Shown here: positions 42,634 through 53,883 of the stretch, one piece after another
How the letters are laid out: each line of letters begins with the position of its first letter
Numbering within the stretch: position 1 is the first letter of the stretch
Source of the DNA: an uncultured bacterium
GTDB lineage: Bacteria; Desulfobacterota_D; UBA1144; Nemesobacterales; UBA2774
DNA length: 64,000 nt
Reading direction: 5' to 3'
Assembly (NCBI GenBank): GCA_963705505.1
Contig: CAVPJU010000008.1
Coordinates: 1-64,000, forward strand
The notes under the pieces: generated by a model
Told to the model about the DNA's origin: nothing
The model's input: only the letters and a program-made list of their open reading frames with translations
The model's database searches: none
Program-made: the position numbers and the translations under genes

Positions 42634-44190
42634 ATGAAAATAGCCACACGCGAGATTGTAAGGGACATTGACGCCAAATCGATAGAGAAGCACGGCATGC
42701 CGGGCCTCGTCCTCATGGAAAACGCCGGGCGTGCGGCTGCCGACGTCCTCATCGAGGAATTCCCCTTTGCGGATAGAGTGGCCGTCTTCGCGGGCGGCGG
42801 GAATAACGGCGGCGACGGGTTCGTCATCGCGCGCCACTTGATGGGCCAGGGCATCGCAGTAACAACCTATCTCGCCGGAAGCTCCGGCAAATACAGGGGC
42901 GACGCCCTGACTAACCTGAAAGCGCTGAAAAAATCGGGAGGCGAAGTGGTCGAGCTTGACGGAAGCCTGAGAAAATATAAACAGGCGGACCTCATAGTGG
43001 ACGCCCTCTTCGGCACGGGTCTCGACAGGGACGTGGACGGGTTTAACAGAAAGATCATAGATTTCATGAATAGCCAGCCCGTCCCGAGACTGGCCGTGGA
43101 CATACCTTCCGGACTCGACGCTGATACGGGCTTCCCCTTAGGCGCGGCGGTGAAAGCCGACGTAACCGTAACATTCGTCCTCCCCAAGTTAGGCATCTCC
43201 ATATACCCCGGACTCGACTACGCGGGCAGGATTTACGTGGCCGACATCACGACGCCTAAATTCCTCGAATCAGGCATACCTTACGAATTGCTCACACACG
43301 CCTCGGTCAGAGGGATATTGAAACCGAGGCACCCCGACTCGCACAAAGGCACATACGGCCACCTGTTCATTCTCGCTGGCTCGCCGGGGAAGACCGGCGC
43401 TGCGACTCTCGCCTCCTTGGGCGCGCTCAGGGTGGGCACAGGGCTCGTCACGGTAGGTATACCCGCAAGCCTGAACGATATAATGGAAGTAAAAACCACA
43501 GAGGCGATGACTGAGCCTCTCCCCGAGACGGACCTCCGCACGCTCGGAAAGGCGTCGATAAAGCGGGCGAAGGAGATCATAGCAAACAGGAAAACCGCCC
43601 TCGCCATAGGACCCGGCATCTCCACGACGGAGGAGACGCGCGGATTCCTCTATGAAATAATAAGGACGTGCGAGGTCCCGGCCGTCGTTGACGCGGACGC
43701 ACTCACGCTCATTGCGGAAGAGCCGGGAATACTCTTAAAGGCAAAGGCGCCTCTCGTGCTCACTCCCCATCCGGGGGAGATGTCCCGCCTCACGGGCATT
43801 ACGATTGAAGAAATAGAGCACGACAGAATAGGCGTATCGCTCGATTTTTCAAAGAGGTATAACGTCCACCTCGTGCTGAAAGGCGCAAGGTCTGTCGTCT
43901 CGACTCCCGGAGGGAATGCGTATATAAACACCTCCGGCAACGCCGGAATGGCCTCGGGCGGCATGGGGGACGTGCTCACGGGCATAATAGGCGGCTTCCT
44001 CGCCCAGCGTTTGAGCCCCGAAGATGCGGCGAGGCTGGGCGTATTCGTCCACGGCCTCGCGGGCGACGCGGCTGTGCGCACCCACCACGGGCAGGCGGGC
44101 ATAATAGCGGGCGACCTCGCAAGCGAGCTGCCCAAAGTGCTGGGCGAGCTTCCCGATTCGGACGAGGAGCCCTTCTTCCGAATCCGCTGA
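42634..44190 (+). CDS. nnr: Bifunctional NAD(P)H-hydrate epimerase/dehydratase
   Basis: LMENAG, GNNGGDG, HKGTYG, TPHPGEM, GGMGDVL. Confidence 0.96.
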   Translation: MKIATREIVRDIDAKSIEKHGMPGLVLMENAGRAAADVLIEEFPFADRVAVFAGGGNNGGDGFVIARHLMGQGIAVTTYLAGSSGKYRGDALTNLKALKKSGGEVVELDGSLRKYKQADLIVDALFGTGLDRDVDGFNRKIIDFMNSQPVPRLAVDIPSGLDADTGFPLGAAVKADVTVTFVLPKLGISIYPGLDYAGRIYVADITTPKFLESGIPYELLTHASVRGILKPRHPDSHKGTYGHLFILAGSPGKTGAATLASLGALRVGTGLVTVGIPASLNDIMEVKTTEAMTEPLPETDLRTLGKASIKRAKEIIANRKTALAIGPGISTTEETRGFLYEIIRTCEVPAVVDADALTLIAEEPGILLKAKAPLVLTPHPGEMSRLTGITIEEIEHDRIGVSLDFSKRYNVHLVLKGARSVVSTPGGNAYINTSGNAGMASGGMGDVLTGIIGGFLAQRLSPEDAARLGVFVHGLAGDAAVRTHHGQAGIIAGDLASELPKVLGELPDSDEEPFFRIR

Positions 44191-44223
44191 TCACACTTAT
44201 ACTTAAATTCACAAAAAACCGAT

Positions 44224-44730
44224 ATGACGAAGAGAGAAAGTATGGACATTCGGGTAACGGATACGGACGAAACAATAAAACTGGGTGAGATTATTGGAAA
44301 ATCGCTCGAACCCGGTAGTATTATTGCCCTCAGGGGGGACCTGGGCGCGGGTAAGACGGTCCTCGTCAAGGGTATAGCCAGGGGACTCGGCATAGAAGAC
44401 GAGCCCGTGAGCCCGACCTTCGTGATAATGAATGCGTATGAAGGCAGGATTCCTCTTTACCACTTCGATCTGTACAGGATTTCCGGTGCGGACGAGCTTA
44501 TCGGAATAGGCTCGGAGGAGTTTTTATTCGGCGGAGGTGTGTCGGCGGTCGAGTGGGCGGACAGGGTTGAAGAAATATTTCCTGAATATACTATATATAT
44601 CGACATAAAAATACCCGAGACCGGAAACGGCTCGGAGAACATACGCGAGATAAAAATAGAAGGGAAAAAAGAATGGGTCTCATCGTTCAGAAATACGGCG
44701 GAACAAGCGTTTCCAACCTCGACAAAGTAA
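44224..44730 (+). CDS. tsaE: tRNA threonylcarbamoyladenosine biosynthesis ATPase TsaE
   Basis: [23 protein letters not shown]. Confidence 0.96.
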   Translation: MTKRESMDIRVTDTDETIKLGEIIGKSLEPGSIIALRGDLGAGKTVLVKGIARGLGIEDEPVSPTFVIMNAYEGRIPLYHFDLYRISGADELIGIGSEEFLFGGGVSAVEWADRVEEIFPEYTIYIDIKIPETGNGSENIREIKIEGKKEWVSSFRNTAEQAFPTSTK

Positions 44731-45905
44731 AGTGGGTCGCGGGTCACGTAATAAAAACGAAAAAAAAGGGGAACGACGTCCTCGTGGTGGTCTCGGCAAT
44801 GGCGGGCGAAACGGACAAGCTCGTTAAACTGTCCCTGGAAATCATGGACCCTCCCGACGAGAGGGAGCTCGACGTCGTGACATCGAGCGGCGAGCAGGTT
44901 TCCTCGGGACTCCTCGCCATGTCCATAAAGTCCCTCGGGCAGGACGCTGTATCTTTCCAGGGGCATCAGGTGAGGATTGTGACCGACAACGCGCACTCCA
45001 AGGCCAAGATAGTGAGGATAGACGCCGAGAAGATAAGGAGCGCTCTCGACGAAGGCAAGATCGCCGTCGTTGCGGGCTTTCAGGGAGTGGACGAGGAAGG
45101 AAACGTCACTACTCTGGGCAGGGGCGGCTCCGACCTTACGGCAGTAGCGCTCGCTGCGGCGTTAGGCGCGGACTCGTGCGAGCTCTATAAGGACGACGTG
45201 GACGGCATATATACGTCTGACCCCGGTATGGTGCCCACCGCAAGGAAGCTCGAAAAAATATCGTACGAGGAGATGCTCGAGCTCGCGAGCCTGGGATCTA
45301 AGGTGCTCCAGGCGAGGGCGGTAGAGTTCGCGATGAAGTTCGGCGTAACGATCCACGTCCGCCCCACAGCCAAACCGGATATGGAAGGAACATGGGTAGT
45401 AGAGGAGGAAGAAATGACTCACTTGGAAAACATTCTCATATCGGGAGTATCCGCGGATAAAAACCAGGCGAAGATTACGATCACGCAGGTGCCTGACAGC
45501 CCCGGAATAGCTGCCAAAATATTCACACCGCTGAGCGAGAGCGGAATCATAGTGGACATGATAGTCCAGAACGTGAGCATAGAGGGGTACACCGATATGA
45601 CGTTCACCGTGCCGAGGACAGATTTCAAAAAATCGATTATACTAACTGAGAAGGTAGCAAAGGAGCTCGGGGCCAAGAAAATCATATCCGACGACAAGAT
45701 AGCCAAGGTTTCGCTCGTCGGCGTCGGTATGAAAACCCACTCGGGAGTAGCGGCCAGGATGTTTTCGACCCTTGCGAAAGAAGGTATAAATATTCTGATG
45801 ATAAGCACTTCGGAAATAAAGATTTCCTGCGTTGTAGAGGAGAAATACACGGAGCTCGCCGTGAGGGCGCTTCACGACGCCTTCGAGCTGGGGGAAGTAA
45901 AATGA
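44673..45905 (+). CDS. lysC: Aspartate kinase
   Basis: [17 protein letters not shown], two ACT domains, STSEIKIS. Confidence 0.96.
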   Translation: MGLIVQKYGGTSVSNLDKVKWVAGHVIKTKKKGNDVLVVVSAMAGETDKLVKLSLEIMDPPDERELDVVTSSGEQVSSGLLAMSIKSLGQDAVSFQGHQVRIVTDNAHSKAKIVRIDAEKIRSALDEGKIAVVAGFQGVDEEGNVTTLGRGGSDLTAVALAAALGADSCELYKDDVDGIYTSDPGMVPTARKLEKISYEEMLELASLGSKVLQARAVEFAMKFGVTIHVRPTAKPDMEGTWVVEEEEMTHLENILISGVSADKNQAKITITQVPDSPGIAAKIFTPLSESGIIVDMIVQNVSIEGYTDMTFTVPRTDFKKSIILTEKVAKELGAKKIISDDKIAKVSLVGVGMKTHSGVAARMFSTLAKEGINILMISTSEIKISCVVEEKYTELAVRALHDAFELGEVK

Positions 45906-47503
45906 GCCGGGATTCGGTAAAGATTTACGACGTAACGCTCAGGGACGGGACTCAGGGGGAAAGTATATCCTTCTCGATACACGACAAGCTGAGGATCGCC
46001 CAGAAGCTGGACGAGCTGGGCGTTCATTATATAGAAGGCGGATGGCCGGGGTCAAACGAAAGGGACGAAGGGTTTTTTGAGGAGGCGAAGAGGCTCAGGC
46101 TCAGGAAGTCGAAGGTCGCCGCGTTCGGCAGCACGAGACGCGCGGGAAAGACATGCGACGAGGACGGGAGCGTACAGGCGCTCCTCAAAGCAGAGACCCC
46201 CGCCGTTACGATAGTCGGCAAGAGCTGGGACTTCCACGTAAAGGAAGCGCTCAGGATACCGCTCAAGGAAAACATCGAAATAATCCACGACTCCATAACG
46301 TATCTGAAAAAACACGTCGACGAGGTATTCTTCGACGCCGAGCATTTCTTCGACGGATACAAGCACAACCCCAAGTACACGCTGGAGGCGATAAAAGCGG
46401 CAAAGGACGCGGGCGCCGACGTCCTCGTACTATGCGACACGAACGGCGGCACGCTCCCCTGGGAGATAGAGGAAATAGTGAGGGCAGTGAACCTCAACCT
46501 CGATAACCCTCACCTGGGCATACACACGCACAACGACGGCGAGATGGGCGTCGCAAACACGCTCTACGCCGTGAGGGAAGGCGTGAGGCAGGTGCAGGGC
46601 ACGATGAACGGGTACGGGGAGAGGTGCGGTAACGCGAACCTCTGCTCGATCGTGCCTAATCTCAAGCTCAAGCTCGGCATAGACTGCATCGACGAGAACG
46701 ACCTCAAGAGGCTCTACGACGTGTCCCACTTCATACACGAGCTTACTAATTTACCGCCGCTCAAGCACAGACCGTTTGTCGGAGAGAGCGCGTTCGCCCA
46801 TAAGGGCGGACTCCACGTAAGCGCCGTGATGAAAAAATCGGAGACCTACGAGCACATAAGCCCCGAGGTCGTCGGGAACCGCAGGCGCATCCTGATCTCC
46901 GACCTCTCCGGGCGGAGCAACATTATCTACAAGGCGAAAGAGCTCGGCATAGAGCTCGACCCTCAGGACAAACGCATCAATAGTATCCTGAACGAGCTCA
47001 AGAAGCTCGAGAACGAGGGATACGAGTTCGAAGGGGCGGACGCTTCTTTCGAGCTCCTTGTGAGAAAGGCGCTCGGGGAATACAGAAAGCCGTTCTACCT
47101 TAAGGGCGTGCGCACGATAACCGAGAAAAGGAACGACGACGAGGAGCCCATCACGGAGGCGACGCTCATAGTACAGGTGGACGGGGTAACCGAGCACACG
47201 GCTGCGATAGGGAACGGCCCCGTGCACGCGCTCGACCAGGGCTTGAGGAAGGCGCTCGAAAAGTTCTATCCGAACCTGAAAGAAGTCACCCTCAAAGACT
47301 ACAGGGTGAGGGTCCTTGCGAGACAGCACGGGACTGACGCCGTGGTAAGGGTGCTGATAGAATCAGGCGACGGCGAGAGCGACTGGAGCACCGTCGGGGT
47401 TTCCCAGAACATAGTCGAGGCGAGCTGGAAAGCGCTCGTCGACAGCATCGACTACAAGATTCTCAAAGACGAAGCCAAACGCATGGCCAAAGCGCGAGGG
47501 TGA
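45902..47503 (+). CDS. cimA: Citramalate synthase
   Basis: [33 protein letters not shown]; LeuA-type regulatory domain. Confidence 0.93.
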   Translation: MSRDSVKIYDVTLRDGTQGESISFSIHDKLRIAQKLDELGVHYIEGGWPGSNERDEGFFEEAKRLRLRKSKVAAFGSTRRAGKTCDEDGSVQALLKAETPAVTIVGKSWDFHVKEALRIPLKENIEIIHDSITYLKKHVDEVFFDAEHFFDGYKHNPKYTLEAIKAAKDAGADVLVLCDTNGGTLPWEIEEIVRAVNLNLDNPHLGIHTHNDGEMGVANTLYAVREGVRQVQGTMNGYGERCGNANLCSIVPNLKLKLGIDCIDENDLKRLYDVSHFIHELTNLPPLKHRPFVGESAFAHKGGLHVSAVMKKSETYEHISPEVVGNRRRILISDLSGRSNIIYKAKELGIELDPQDKRINSILNELKKLENEGYEFEGADASFELLVRKALGEYRKPFYLKGVRTITEKRNDDEEPITEATLIVQVDGVTEHTAAIGNGPVHALDQGLRKALEKFYPNLKEVTLKDYRVRVLARQHGTDAVVRVLIESGDGESDWSTVGVSQNIVEASWKALVDSIDYKILKDEAKRMAKARG

Positions 47504-47534
47504 GCGGGACAGGAAATCCAACTCCATGTTTTAA

Positions 47535-48010
47535 GTCACCCTGAACTTGATTCAGGGTCTAATCATTTTCTTTTGTCATTCCCGAATGCCTTCATCGGGA
47601 ATCCAGTGTTTATTCTTTTTATATAAAATTAAATCCACCCTACCCCTCCTTTACGAAAGGAAGGAAAACAAAACCCGTAGGAGCGGCATCTTGCCGCGAC
47701 TCTCCCTTGCTCCATAATCCTCGATCTAACCGGCCTTGTCATGTCGAGCTGTAGCCGAGGAATCTCATTCTTTGTCATCCTGAGCCTAGTCGGAGGATGT
47801 CATTTCGACCATAGGTAGAAATCCGTATTTAAAGAAGTGAGAAACAAAAGATAGATTTCTCACATACGTTCGAAATGACGGGGTAGGTCTGGCCGAGGAG
47901 TGAAGCACAACCCATATATGAATCCACATTGCGTACGTCCTTCCCGGCTACGGCCCGAGACTTCGCCGGGACGAGTCGCCGAGACGAGCGACAAGCTCAG
48001 GACGAACGGG
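47535..48010. repeat. Dense mosaic cluster of REP-like palindromes (GTCA-tagged, GTAG-tagged and AAATCC families)
   Basis: GTCACCCTGAACTTGATTCAGGGTCT, GTCATTCCCGAATGCCTTCATCGGGAATCC, AAATCCACCCTACCCCTCCTTTACGAAAGG, GTAGGAGCGGCATCTTGCCGCGAC and further GTCAT/ATGAC units. Confidence 0.82.
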
Positions 48011-48092
48011 TTCGGTTGCGGTCTTGGATGGAGCAGAGAAGGAGTGACGCAATCGTATATGCGCGGAGATTCTCCGCCACACATTGTGTGCC

Positions 48093-48623
48093 TCACGACC
48101 ATACGGGCTTCGGCAGTCCGTATGCGAAAAGGAATATTATATATACGAGCCAGTACGTGATGAGTCCCACGACGCACACCCAGATGGCGTTCCACGTGTT
48201 CTTGAAATCGAGAGCCTGCCTCACGCCGATTATCATCGCAACGAGCGTCCACAGCCATACGAAGAGCAGCACGTAGGGTGTCAGCCAGTGGACGACCGCG
48301 AAGACGCGGAATATACCCGGCGCGCTCGCGAAGCCCAGCACCCGCATCACTTCCCCCTGGTCGGTCCTGGTCTCCGATTCGGGAAATAGCTTCGTGCCGA
48401 TTATATATATGAGAAACGCAAGCAGTATCCAGAGCACGAAGCTCGTGATAGTACCCAATATGAAGCCCCTGTAGTCGCCCGTCTTATACGTATATATCCC
48501 CCTCGCGAGGCTCACGAGGAATACGACGACGACAGCCTGCCAGATCGCGCTCTTGTCATGCTCGACCTCTTCGTACAGCTCCGGGTCGAGCAGGAGCGCC
48601 CTTATGACTCTTTTAATAAACAC
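48093..48623 (-). CDS. YIP1-family membrane protein
   Basis: IRAL.LD..LYEEVE.D..A..QA, LGFASAPG, VRQALDF; five hydrophobic segments. Confidence 0.75.
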   Translation of the reverse strand: MFIKRVIRALLLDPELYEEVEHDKSAIWQAVVVVFLVSLARGIYTYKTGDYRGFILGTITSFVLWILLAFLIYIIGTKLFPESETRTDQGEVMRVLGFASAPGIFRVFAVVHWLTPYVLLFVWLWTLVAMIIGVRQALDFKNTWNAIWVCVVGLITYWLVYIIFLFAYGLPKPVWS

Positions 48624-48784
48624 GGATACGGTTCACCTCTAGTAATAGAAAATATAGGAATTACAACTTAAAGCTAAGAATCCGACAAGTCAAAATAAGA
48701 TAATAATTACTCCACCAAACAAAATTTTTCTAGTTGATTGTATGAATTAGTCCAATGAAACTCCAATTCGGATACACGCACCGC

Positions 48785-49189
48785 TCAGGGGGCATACCTT
48801 TGCCCAAAATACTCCACTATTTCTTTTCAGCACAATGATCTACTATCTTTCGAGTATCCTCTGCAATCCGGAAAATTACTATTAGGATCTCCAGCCAAAC
48901 ACGTGCGATAAGAACATATAACAGGAACGAAAATAGGAGATAGAATCACTCGTAACTATTCCAGTAGCTCGCCGAATCACTAAAACCTCTAATAATAAAC
49001 CAACCGCGAGAAATCGCAGTCCAAAACTATTGCTACCACGTACAAAATTTTTATAATCCGAGTCGTTATAAACTAGACAGCACGACTACGGAAACCGCCT
49101 GTCCATCGAACCTTTATCCGCCTCGACTTCCTCTAAAGACTCGCATCCAGCTTGGAAGCCCTGATCATACGATCAACTAAACTGGCCAT
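48785..49189 (-). pseudogene. Degenerate chimera: YIP1-paralog N-terminus joined to a DUF4282-like membrane protein
   Basis: MASLVDRMIRASKLDASL/EEVEADKGSM/QAVSVVVLSSL, then FITTRIIKILYVVAIV...IARVWLEILIVI/RIAEDTRKIV, with several frameshifts. Confidence 0.65.
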
Positions 49190-49269
49190 CTTTGTTCCTC
49201 CTTTATGAATTTATAAATATGCACATAATAAAACTTCCGCAGGGATTCGTCAAAGCGGCAGGAAAAGTT

Positions 49270-50907
49270 TTATGCCCTGTGTCTGGACTTCATTTCTTGA
49301 GAGAGCAAATCGATGAGGGGCGCAATACGGCTCTCCGTGCAGTCCCCCATGAGCGCTATTTGAACGCAGTTCCTCTCGAGGAGATACCGGCTCCTCCAGT
49401 TGAGATTGTAACCCGATTTTTCGAGCTTCATTCCGAGCGCGCGCGAGCTGAGCCTCTCGGGAAGAGGTATAGTGATGATCGCGGGGGACTCATGCCCCTT
49501 CTCGGCGAGTAGGCCGAACCCCGCGTCGGAAAGCCTCTCCCTCAGCCAATCAGAGAGCTTACGCAGCTCAGCGTATCTCTCTTCCGCGCGGAAATTATCG
49601 AGGGAAGCCTTGAGTGCATACAGCAGGTTCGATGAGAGCGTAAACGGCGTGCCCGGGGAGTACGCATAGAGCCCGAGATCCAGGTAGCGCGGCAGCTTCT
49701 CCGGGTGAGGCATGATTTCATGATTATAGAAAACGAATGAGAGCCCCGGATAAGACCTGAGCCCCTTCCCGCTTGCGCCCGTCGCCAGGTAAACGCGGGA
49801 GAGGTCGAGCGGCACAGTGCCGAGAGAGCTTATACAGTCGAGGCAGAGGGAGACGCCGCTGCGCCCGCATAGCTCCCCAAGCGCTCCGATGTCGTTCAAT
49901 ACCCCGGTCGAAGTCTCAGAATGCACAGCCCAGAGCCATGACGTTTCTCCGTATCGTGAAAGCGCGTCTTCAATCTCTTCGCGCCCGAATATATCTCCCC
50001 ACTCCTTCTCTACCGTATTGAACGAAAATCCCCATCTCCGCGCATGGTCTTTCAGACGCTCGCCGAACTCGCCGTTTGAGAGCACGAGACCGTTCCCTTC
50101 CATGAGAGATAACTGCGCGGCGACGGCGTCGTTCGCGAGCGTGCCCGACCCCATCAATATCGCAGTATGCCTCGCGCTTGAGAGACCGGAGAGGAGACTC
50201 TTTACATGATCGAGGTCGTCCGTAAACTCTTCCGTCCTGTGTGACACAGGGATAGCAGCCATCGCGCTTCTGGATGACTCGCAAACGTCCACGGGCCCCG
50301 GGAGAAGATTGAGGGGCTTTTCCGTGACCTGTCCGCTCTCCCCCATTCTCGAAAGGAGCCTCGTCCGCTCCTTCATCCCGTAATAGGACGCCGGCGTGAG
50401 GTACATCGGCTGGTATTTTGCGCTTGCCGTTCCGACTTCGGGGCCGAACGGGATAAACCCGAGGTTCCTGTAGAGCTTTTCCTGAGAAACGTTCGCCGAG
50501 ATAAGGGCGAGGTCGTATTTTTTTTCCTCGCAGTAGGCGGCGAGATGCATGAAGAGTCCCATTATGACTTTACGGTAACGGCGATCCTTCCTCACCGACA
50601 GGAGCCTGAGCTCGCATAACGAGCGCGAGGGCGGCAGGTATGAATCGAGTCCCGTGAGCTTCTCATCGAGCGAGAAAGGCCGCCTGTCCCTCACGGCCAG
50701 CATCCCTACCAGCTCTTCGCCGTCGAGGCAGATGATATAAGTGTTCTCTCCGTGGAATTTATCGACGAGCCTTTTTTCCGCGTTCTCCCCGTGCTGGGGT
50801 ATCTCTTCTACAAACGTCTCGTAGTTGAGCCTGTGTATCTGCTCGTACTCGCAATCGAGGGTAGCGATCTTGAAGACCATCCGGTCATTCATGACAATCT
50901 GATTCAT
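49270..50907 (-). CDS. GNAT-type acyltransferase fused to class V PLP-dependent enzyme (PhnW/AGT-like)
   Basis: N-term RLNYETFVEE..CELRLL..LYRNLGF.PFG; C-term LLPGPV, GSGT, NGEFGERL, HSETSTG, DCISSLG, SGK (PLP Lys). Confidence 0.85.
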   Translation of the reverse strand: MNQIVMNDRMVFKIATLDCEYEQIHRLNYETFVEEIPQHGENAEKRLVDKFHGENTYIICLDGEELVGMLAVRDRRPFSLDEKLTGLDSYLPPSRSLCELRLLSVRKDRRYRKVIMGLFMHLAAYCEEKKYDLALISANVSQEKLYRNLGFIPFGPEVGTASAKYQPMYLTPASYYGMKERTRLLSRMGESGQVTEKPLNLLPGPVDVCESSRSAMAAIPVSHRTEEFTDDLDHVKSLLSGLSSARHTAILMGSGTLANDAVAAQLSLMEGNGLVLSNGEFGERLKDHARRWGFSFNTVEKEWGDIFGREEIEDALSRYGETSWLWAVHSETSTGVLNDIGALGELCGRSGVSLCLDCISSLGTVPLDLSRVYLATGASGKGLRSYPGLSFVFYNHEIMPHPEKLPRYLDLGLYAYSPGTPFTLSSNLLYALKASLDNFRAEERYAELRKLSDWLRERLSDAGFGLLAEKGHESPAIITIPLPERLSSRALGMKLEKSGYNLNWRSRYLLERNCVQIALMGDCTESRIAPLIDLLSQEMKSRHRA

Positions 50908-50955
50908 CTTACTAGGTGTGCTTACGGGAATAAAATTATATATGATAGTTCGCGC

Positions 50956-51370
50956 TCATTCGAGGAACCTGCTCCTTATTCCGGGGTCGGGTATCATGCA
51001 CTCCTCCTTCTTCCCGAACCATCTGTACCTGTTCCGGGCTATGAAGTCATAGACCGCGTCCCTGAGAGGCGCGGGGACGACGATGAATGCGTAGAGGAGA
51101 CTGTGGATTCCGCCCAGGAGCTTCTGCACCCTGAGCCCCGCTTCGGATTTGGTATAGAGCTTCCCCTCTTCGATCAATACGATCGAATCGAGGCTTGCCG
51201 CAGGGTAATTAAATTTCCCGAGGATTCTTTCCGCGGCTTCGGATTGAAAGGGCGCGAACCTGAACAAGCCCCGAGGGTCCCTTTTGATTATGAAATTGAC
51301 CACACCGCAGCAGTAATTGCATACCCCGTCAAAGATTATAAGAGGGTGTTCGATATCTTACTTCACTCAC
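50956..51370 (-). CDS. DUF393 / DCC1-like thiol-disulfide oxidoreductase (+1 frameshift near 51360, just after the start)
   Basis: IIFDGVCNYC, FAPFQS, RDAVYDFIARNRYRWFG; GTG 51370 is one base out of frame. Confidence 0.8.
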
Positions 51371-51421
51371 GTATATCTTCTCTCAAGAGGCGTTGACAAT
51401 AATGCGCGGCGGAAGAGAAAT

Positions 51422-51973
51422 CTACTGCGTCTTCTCGGCCGGTTTCTCGTCGGTCTTTTTCACGGGCAGCACTATATACCAGCTCCCGTTATATTGAGTG
51501 ATCGTGTTCACCATCACGCCGACCTTGGCCTTCGTTTTCGTCTCCACTCCCTTCTCGTCTTTCTTGGGTATCTCCGCTTCCGTTACAAGGACGAGCAAAT
51601 CAGACGGCGCCACGGGGAAATAGAGCGTGTTATCCCTGAATTTAAGGGTCTGTGTGGGTTTATCGTACTCCGACACCTGGTCCATCGGCTCGACCACGAA
51701 TTCCGAGTCCTTCGGAATCTGCAGGCTTAGGAGATTATTGATAACCATGTCGAGCTCCCCCGGATTGCCGTCCTTCATAAAAGCAATAACCTGGGGGTGA
51801 ATAAGCGATTTAAGCGCGTCCTTATTCTTGGCCTTGATGCCTTCGAGTATTTTGTTTCCGAGAATCTGCGGAGTGTTAGCCCCGCTCTGGGCCCTTGCCG
51901 AAGAAACGGGCGCCGCAAGTATGGCGGCCGTTAAAATCCATAGAGCCGCCGCATAAATAAATTTGGTCTTCAA
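51422..51973 (-). CDS. Hypothetical secreted protein
   Basis: Signal peptide ending ARA-Q; GGAGG SD before TTG. Confidence 0.7.
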   Translation of the reverse strand: MKTKFIYAAALWILTAAILAAPVSSARAQSGANTPQILGNKILEGIKAKNKDALKSLIHPQVIAFMKDGNPGELDMVINNLLSLQIPKDSEFVVEPMDQVSEYDKPTQTLKFRDNTLYFPVAPSDLLVLVTEAEIPKKDEKGVETKTKAKVGVMVNTITQYNGSWYIVLPVKKTDEKPAEKTQ

Positions 51974-52034
51974 ATTCTTCCTCCGTAATAAATTATTTTC
52001 GCATCATTAGAAAGCCGGTCGGGAAACGGCAGCC

Positions 52035-52775
52035 TCACTGTCTCAGCTTCGTGAGGAGCCTCAAGAATTCGATGTAAAGCCAGATGAGAGTTACCATGAG
52101 TCCGAACGCGCCGTACCATTCCATGTACTTCGGCGCGCCCTGGCTTGCGCCCTGCTCTATGAAATCGAAATCCAGGACGAGGTTGAGGGCCGCGATGACC
52201 ACTACGAAAAGGCTGAACAGGATGCCGAACGTGCCTCCCGAGTATATGAACGGGACTTTTACACCGAAAAACCCGATCACCATGGATACAAGATAAACGA
52301 CGAATATCGCGCCCGTGGCAGCGACTACTCCGAGCCTGAATTTCTCCGTTACCTTGATAAGACCCGACCTGTACGCGATGAGCAGGGAAAAGAGGGTGCC
52401 GAACGTGAGCGCCACGGCCTGAAATACTATCCCCTTCAACTGAGATTCCGCGTACGCCGAGATGCCGCCTATAACGAGCCCTTCGAGCACCGCGTATACG
52501 GGGGCAGTGTAAGGCGCCCATGTCTTCTTGAATATCGTAATCATGGCGAAAACGAGCCCGCCTATGAGCCCCCCGTACATCCAGACCGCTACAGCCTGCA
52601 TCCCTGATTTCGTGAACATATCCCATAGCCAGAGGGCGGGAACCAGGACGAGGACGAGGAGAATTAGCGTCTTGTTTATCGTGCCGTTAACCGTCATTTG
52701 CCCGGCGGCCGTAATGTCGGGTGCGAGCCTGTCGAAAGTCTTCTCGCTTAATGCAGGGTTCGAGCTTTTCATCAT
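52035..52775 (-). CDS. Bax inhibitor-1/YccA family membrane protein
   Basis: SSNP, MTVNGTINKT, LVLDFDFIE.G...GAPKYMEWY.AFGLMVTLIWLY. Confidence 0.92.
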   Translation of the reverse strand: MMKSSNPALSEKTFDRLAPDITAAGQMTVNGTINKTLILLVLVLVPALWLWDMFTKSGMQAVAVWMYGGLIGGLVFAMITIFKKTWAPYTAPVYAVLEGLVIGGISAYAESQLKGIVFQAVALTFGTLFSLLIAYRSGLIKVTEKFRLGVVAATGAIFVVYLVSMVIGFFGVKVPFIYSGGTFGILFSLFVVVIAALNLVLDFDFIEQGASQGAPKYMEWYGAFGLMVTLIWLYIEFLRLLTKLRQ

Positions 52776-53086
52776 TTACCTCTTACCTCCCGTATGAGCT
52801 ATCAATATTAACCTAACTTAGGAAAAAGTATATCACCTGAACGGCAGCTTGATAGCGGTTCGTACGGTGTCCGGGCGCGGACACTTTTAATCCGCCGCGT
52901 CAGGTATAAATGTACCCGCACTGGTCTTATCCTGCTGCTTATCTCCGTTTACATTGATTCATCAGCTATTGCTTCCATTTGCAACAATAATTGTCATACC
53001 TGACGTTATTTGCCTCTGCAATTCGAACCAAACCGATTGCGCGGTAATAATATCCAATGATTGAAGCTGGTTATGACGATAGTTAA

Positions 53087-53102
53087 TGGCACATTTCTTG
53101 CA
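53087..53102 (+). promoter_or_regulatory. Sigma54 promoter
   Basis: TGGCACATTTCTTGCA (GG-N10-GC), about 60 bp upstream of the receiver-domain gene. Confidence 0.72.
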
Positions 53103-53164
53103 CACTCATCAGATTGGCTTCTATTAAATCCCGGAGTGGGATATCAGGTTGCGGAGATAGTAAT

Positions 53165-53822
53165 ATGAGCAGCGCAAGGATTATGGTTGTTGAGGACAGC
53201 GGGAATTTCTCCGATCTTATCGGGGAGATCTGCTCACTTCATCGGGATACACGGTTCTGCCGGTTATATCCTCCGGCGAGGATGCGGTCAGGACGGCTGA
53301 GAGCAGCAGACCCGACATAGTGCTGATCGATGTCGAAGGGACGGCAAACTCGACGGTATAGAATCCGGCGGGACGGATAACGGAAAATCTCGGCATACCC
53401 GGTGATTTTTCTCTCCGGATATACGGACGAGGACACCCTCAACAGGGCAAAGACCAAAAGAGCTGTCGGGATATCTGGTCAAGCCCTTCAATCAGACTGA
53501 GCTTAAGGCAGCGATAGAGATCGCTCTATATAAATACCGGGCGCAAGCCGGAGCGGGGAACGGCGCGGAGATACCGGGACAGAACGGCTGTGAGGAAAAT
53601 CCCGCTTCAGAACTTAGAGACCCCTGGAAAGAAATTAAAGAGTATAGAGCCGAGATATGCAGACTCAACATGGAAATTGCCGAATTCAAGGAAATAATCG
53701 AGTCGCTCAACATAAGTCTCAACCAAATGCACGAGCATGAAGACACCATACTCCTTACGGAGGAAGAATCCGCTCCGCCCGAAAAGAAATTCGCCTCGAT
53801 GATCGAGTTCGAGAGCGAATGA
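53165..53822 (+). pseudogene. Response regulator (receiver + coiled-coil tail), multiply frameshifted
   Basis: Pieces in different frames: MSSARIMVVED / GYTVLPVISSGEDAV..RPDIVLID / DGKLDGIE / VIFLSGYTDEDTLNRAK / GYLVKPFNQTELKAAIEIALYK... Confidence 0.8.
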
Positions 53823-53883
53823 TTCAATGCATATTGAATTAATCGAATGACGGCTTCTGCCTTATTTAATGAGAAGCCCTGAA

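Noticed and set aside
47535..48010. CRISPR array
   Set aside because: Repeat units differ in sequence, length and orientation; no regular spacers; no cas genes.
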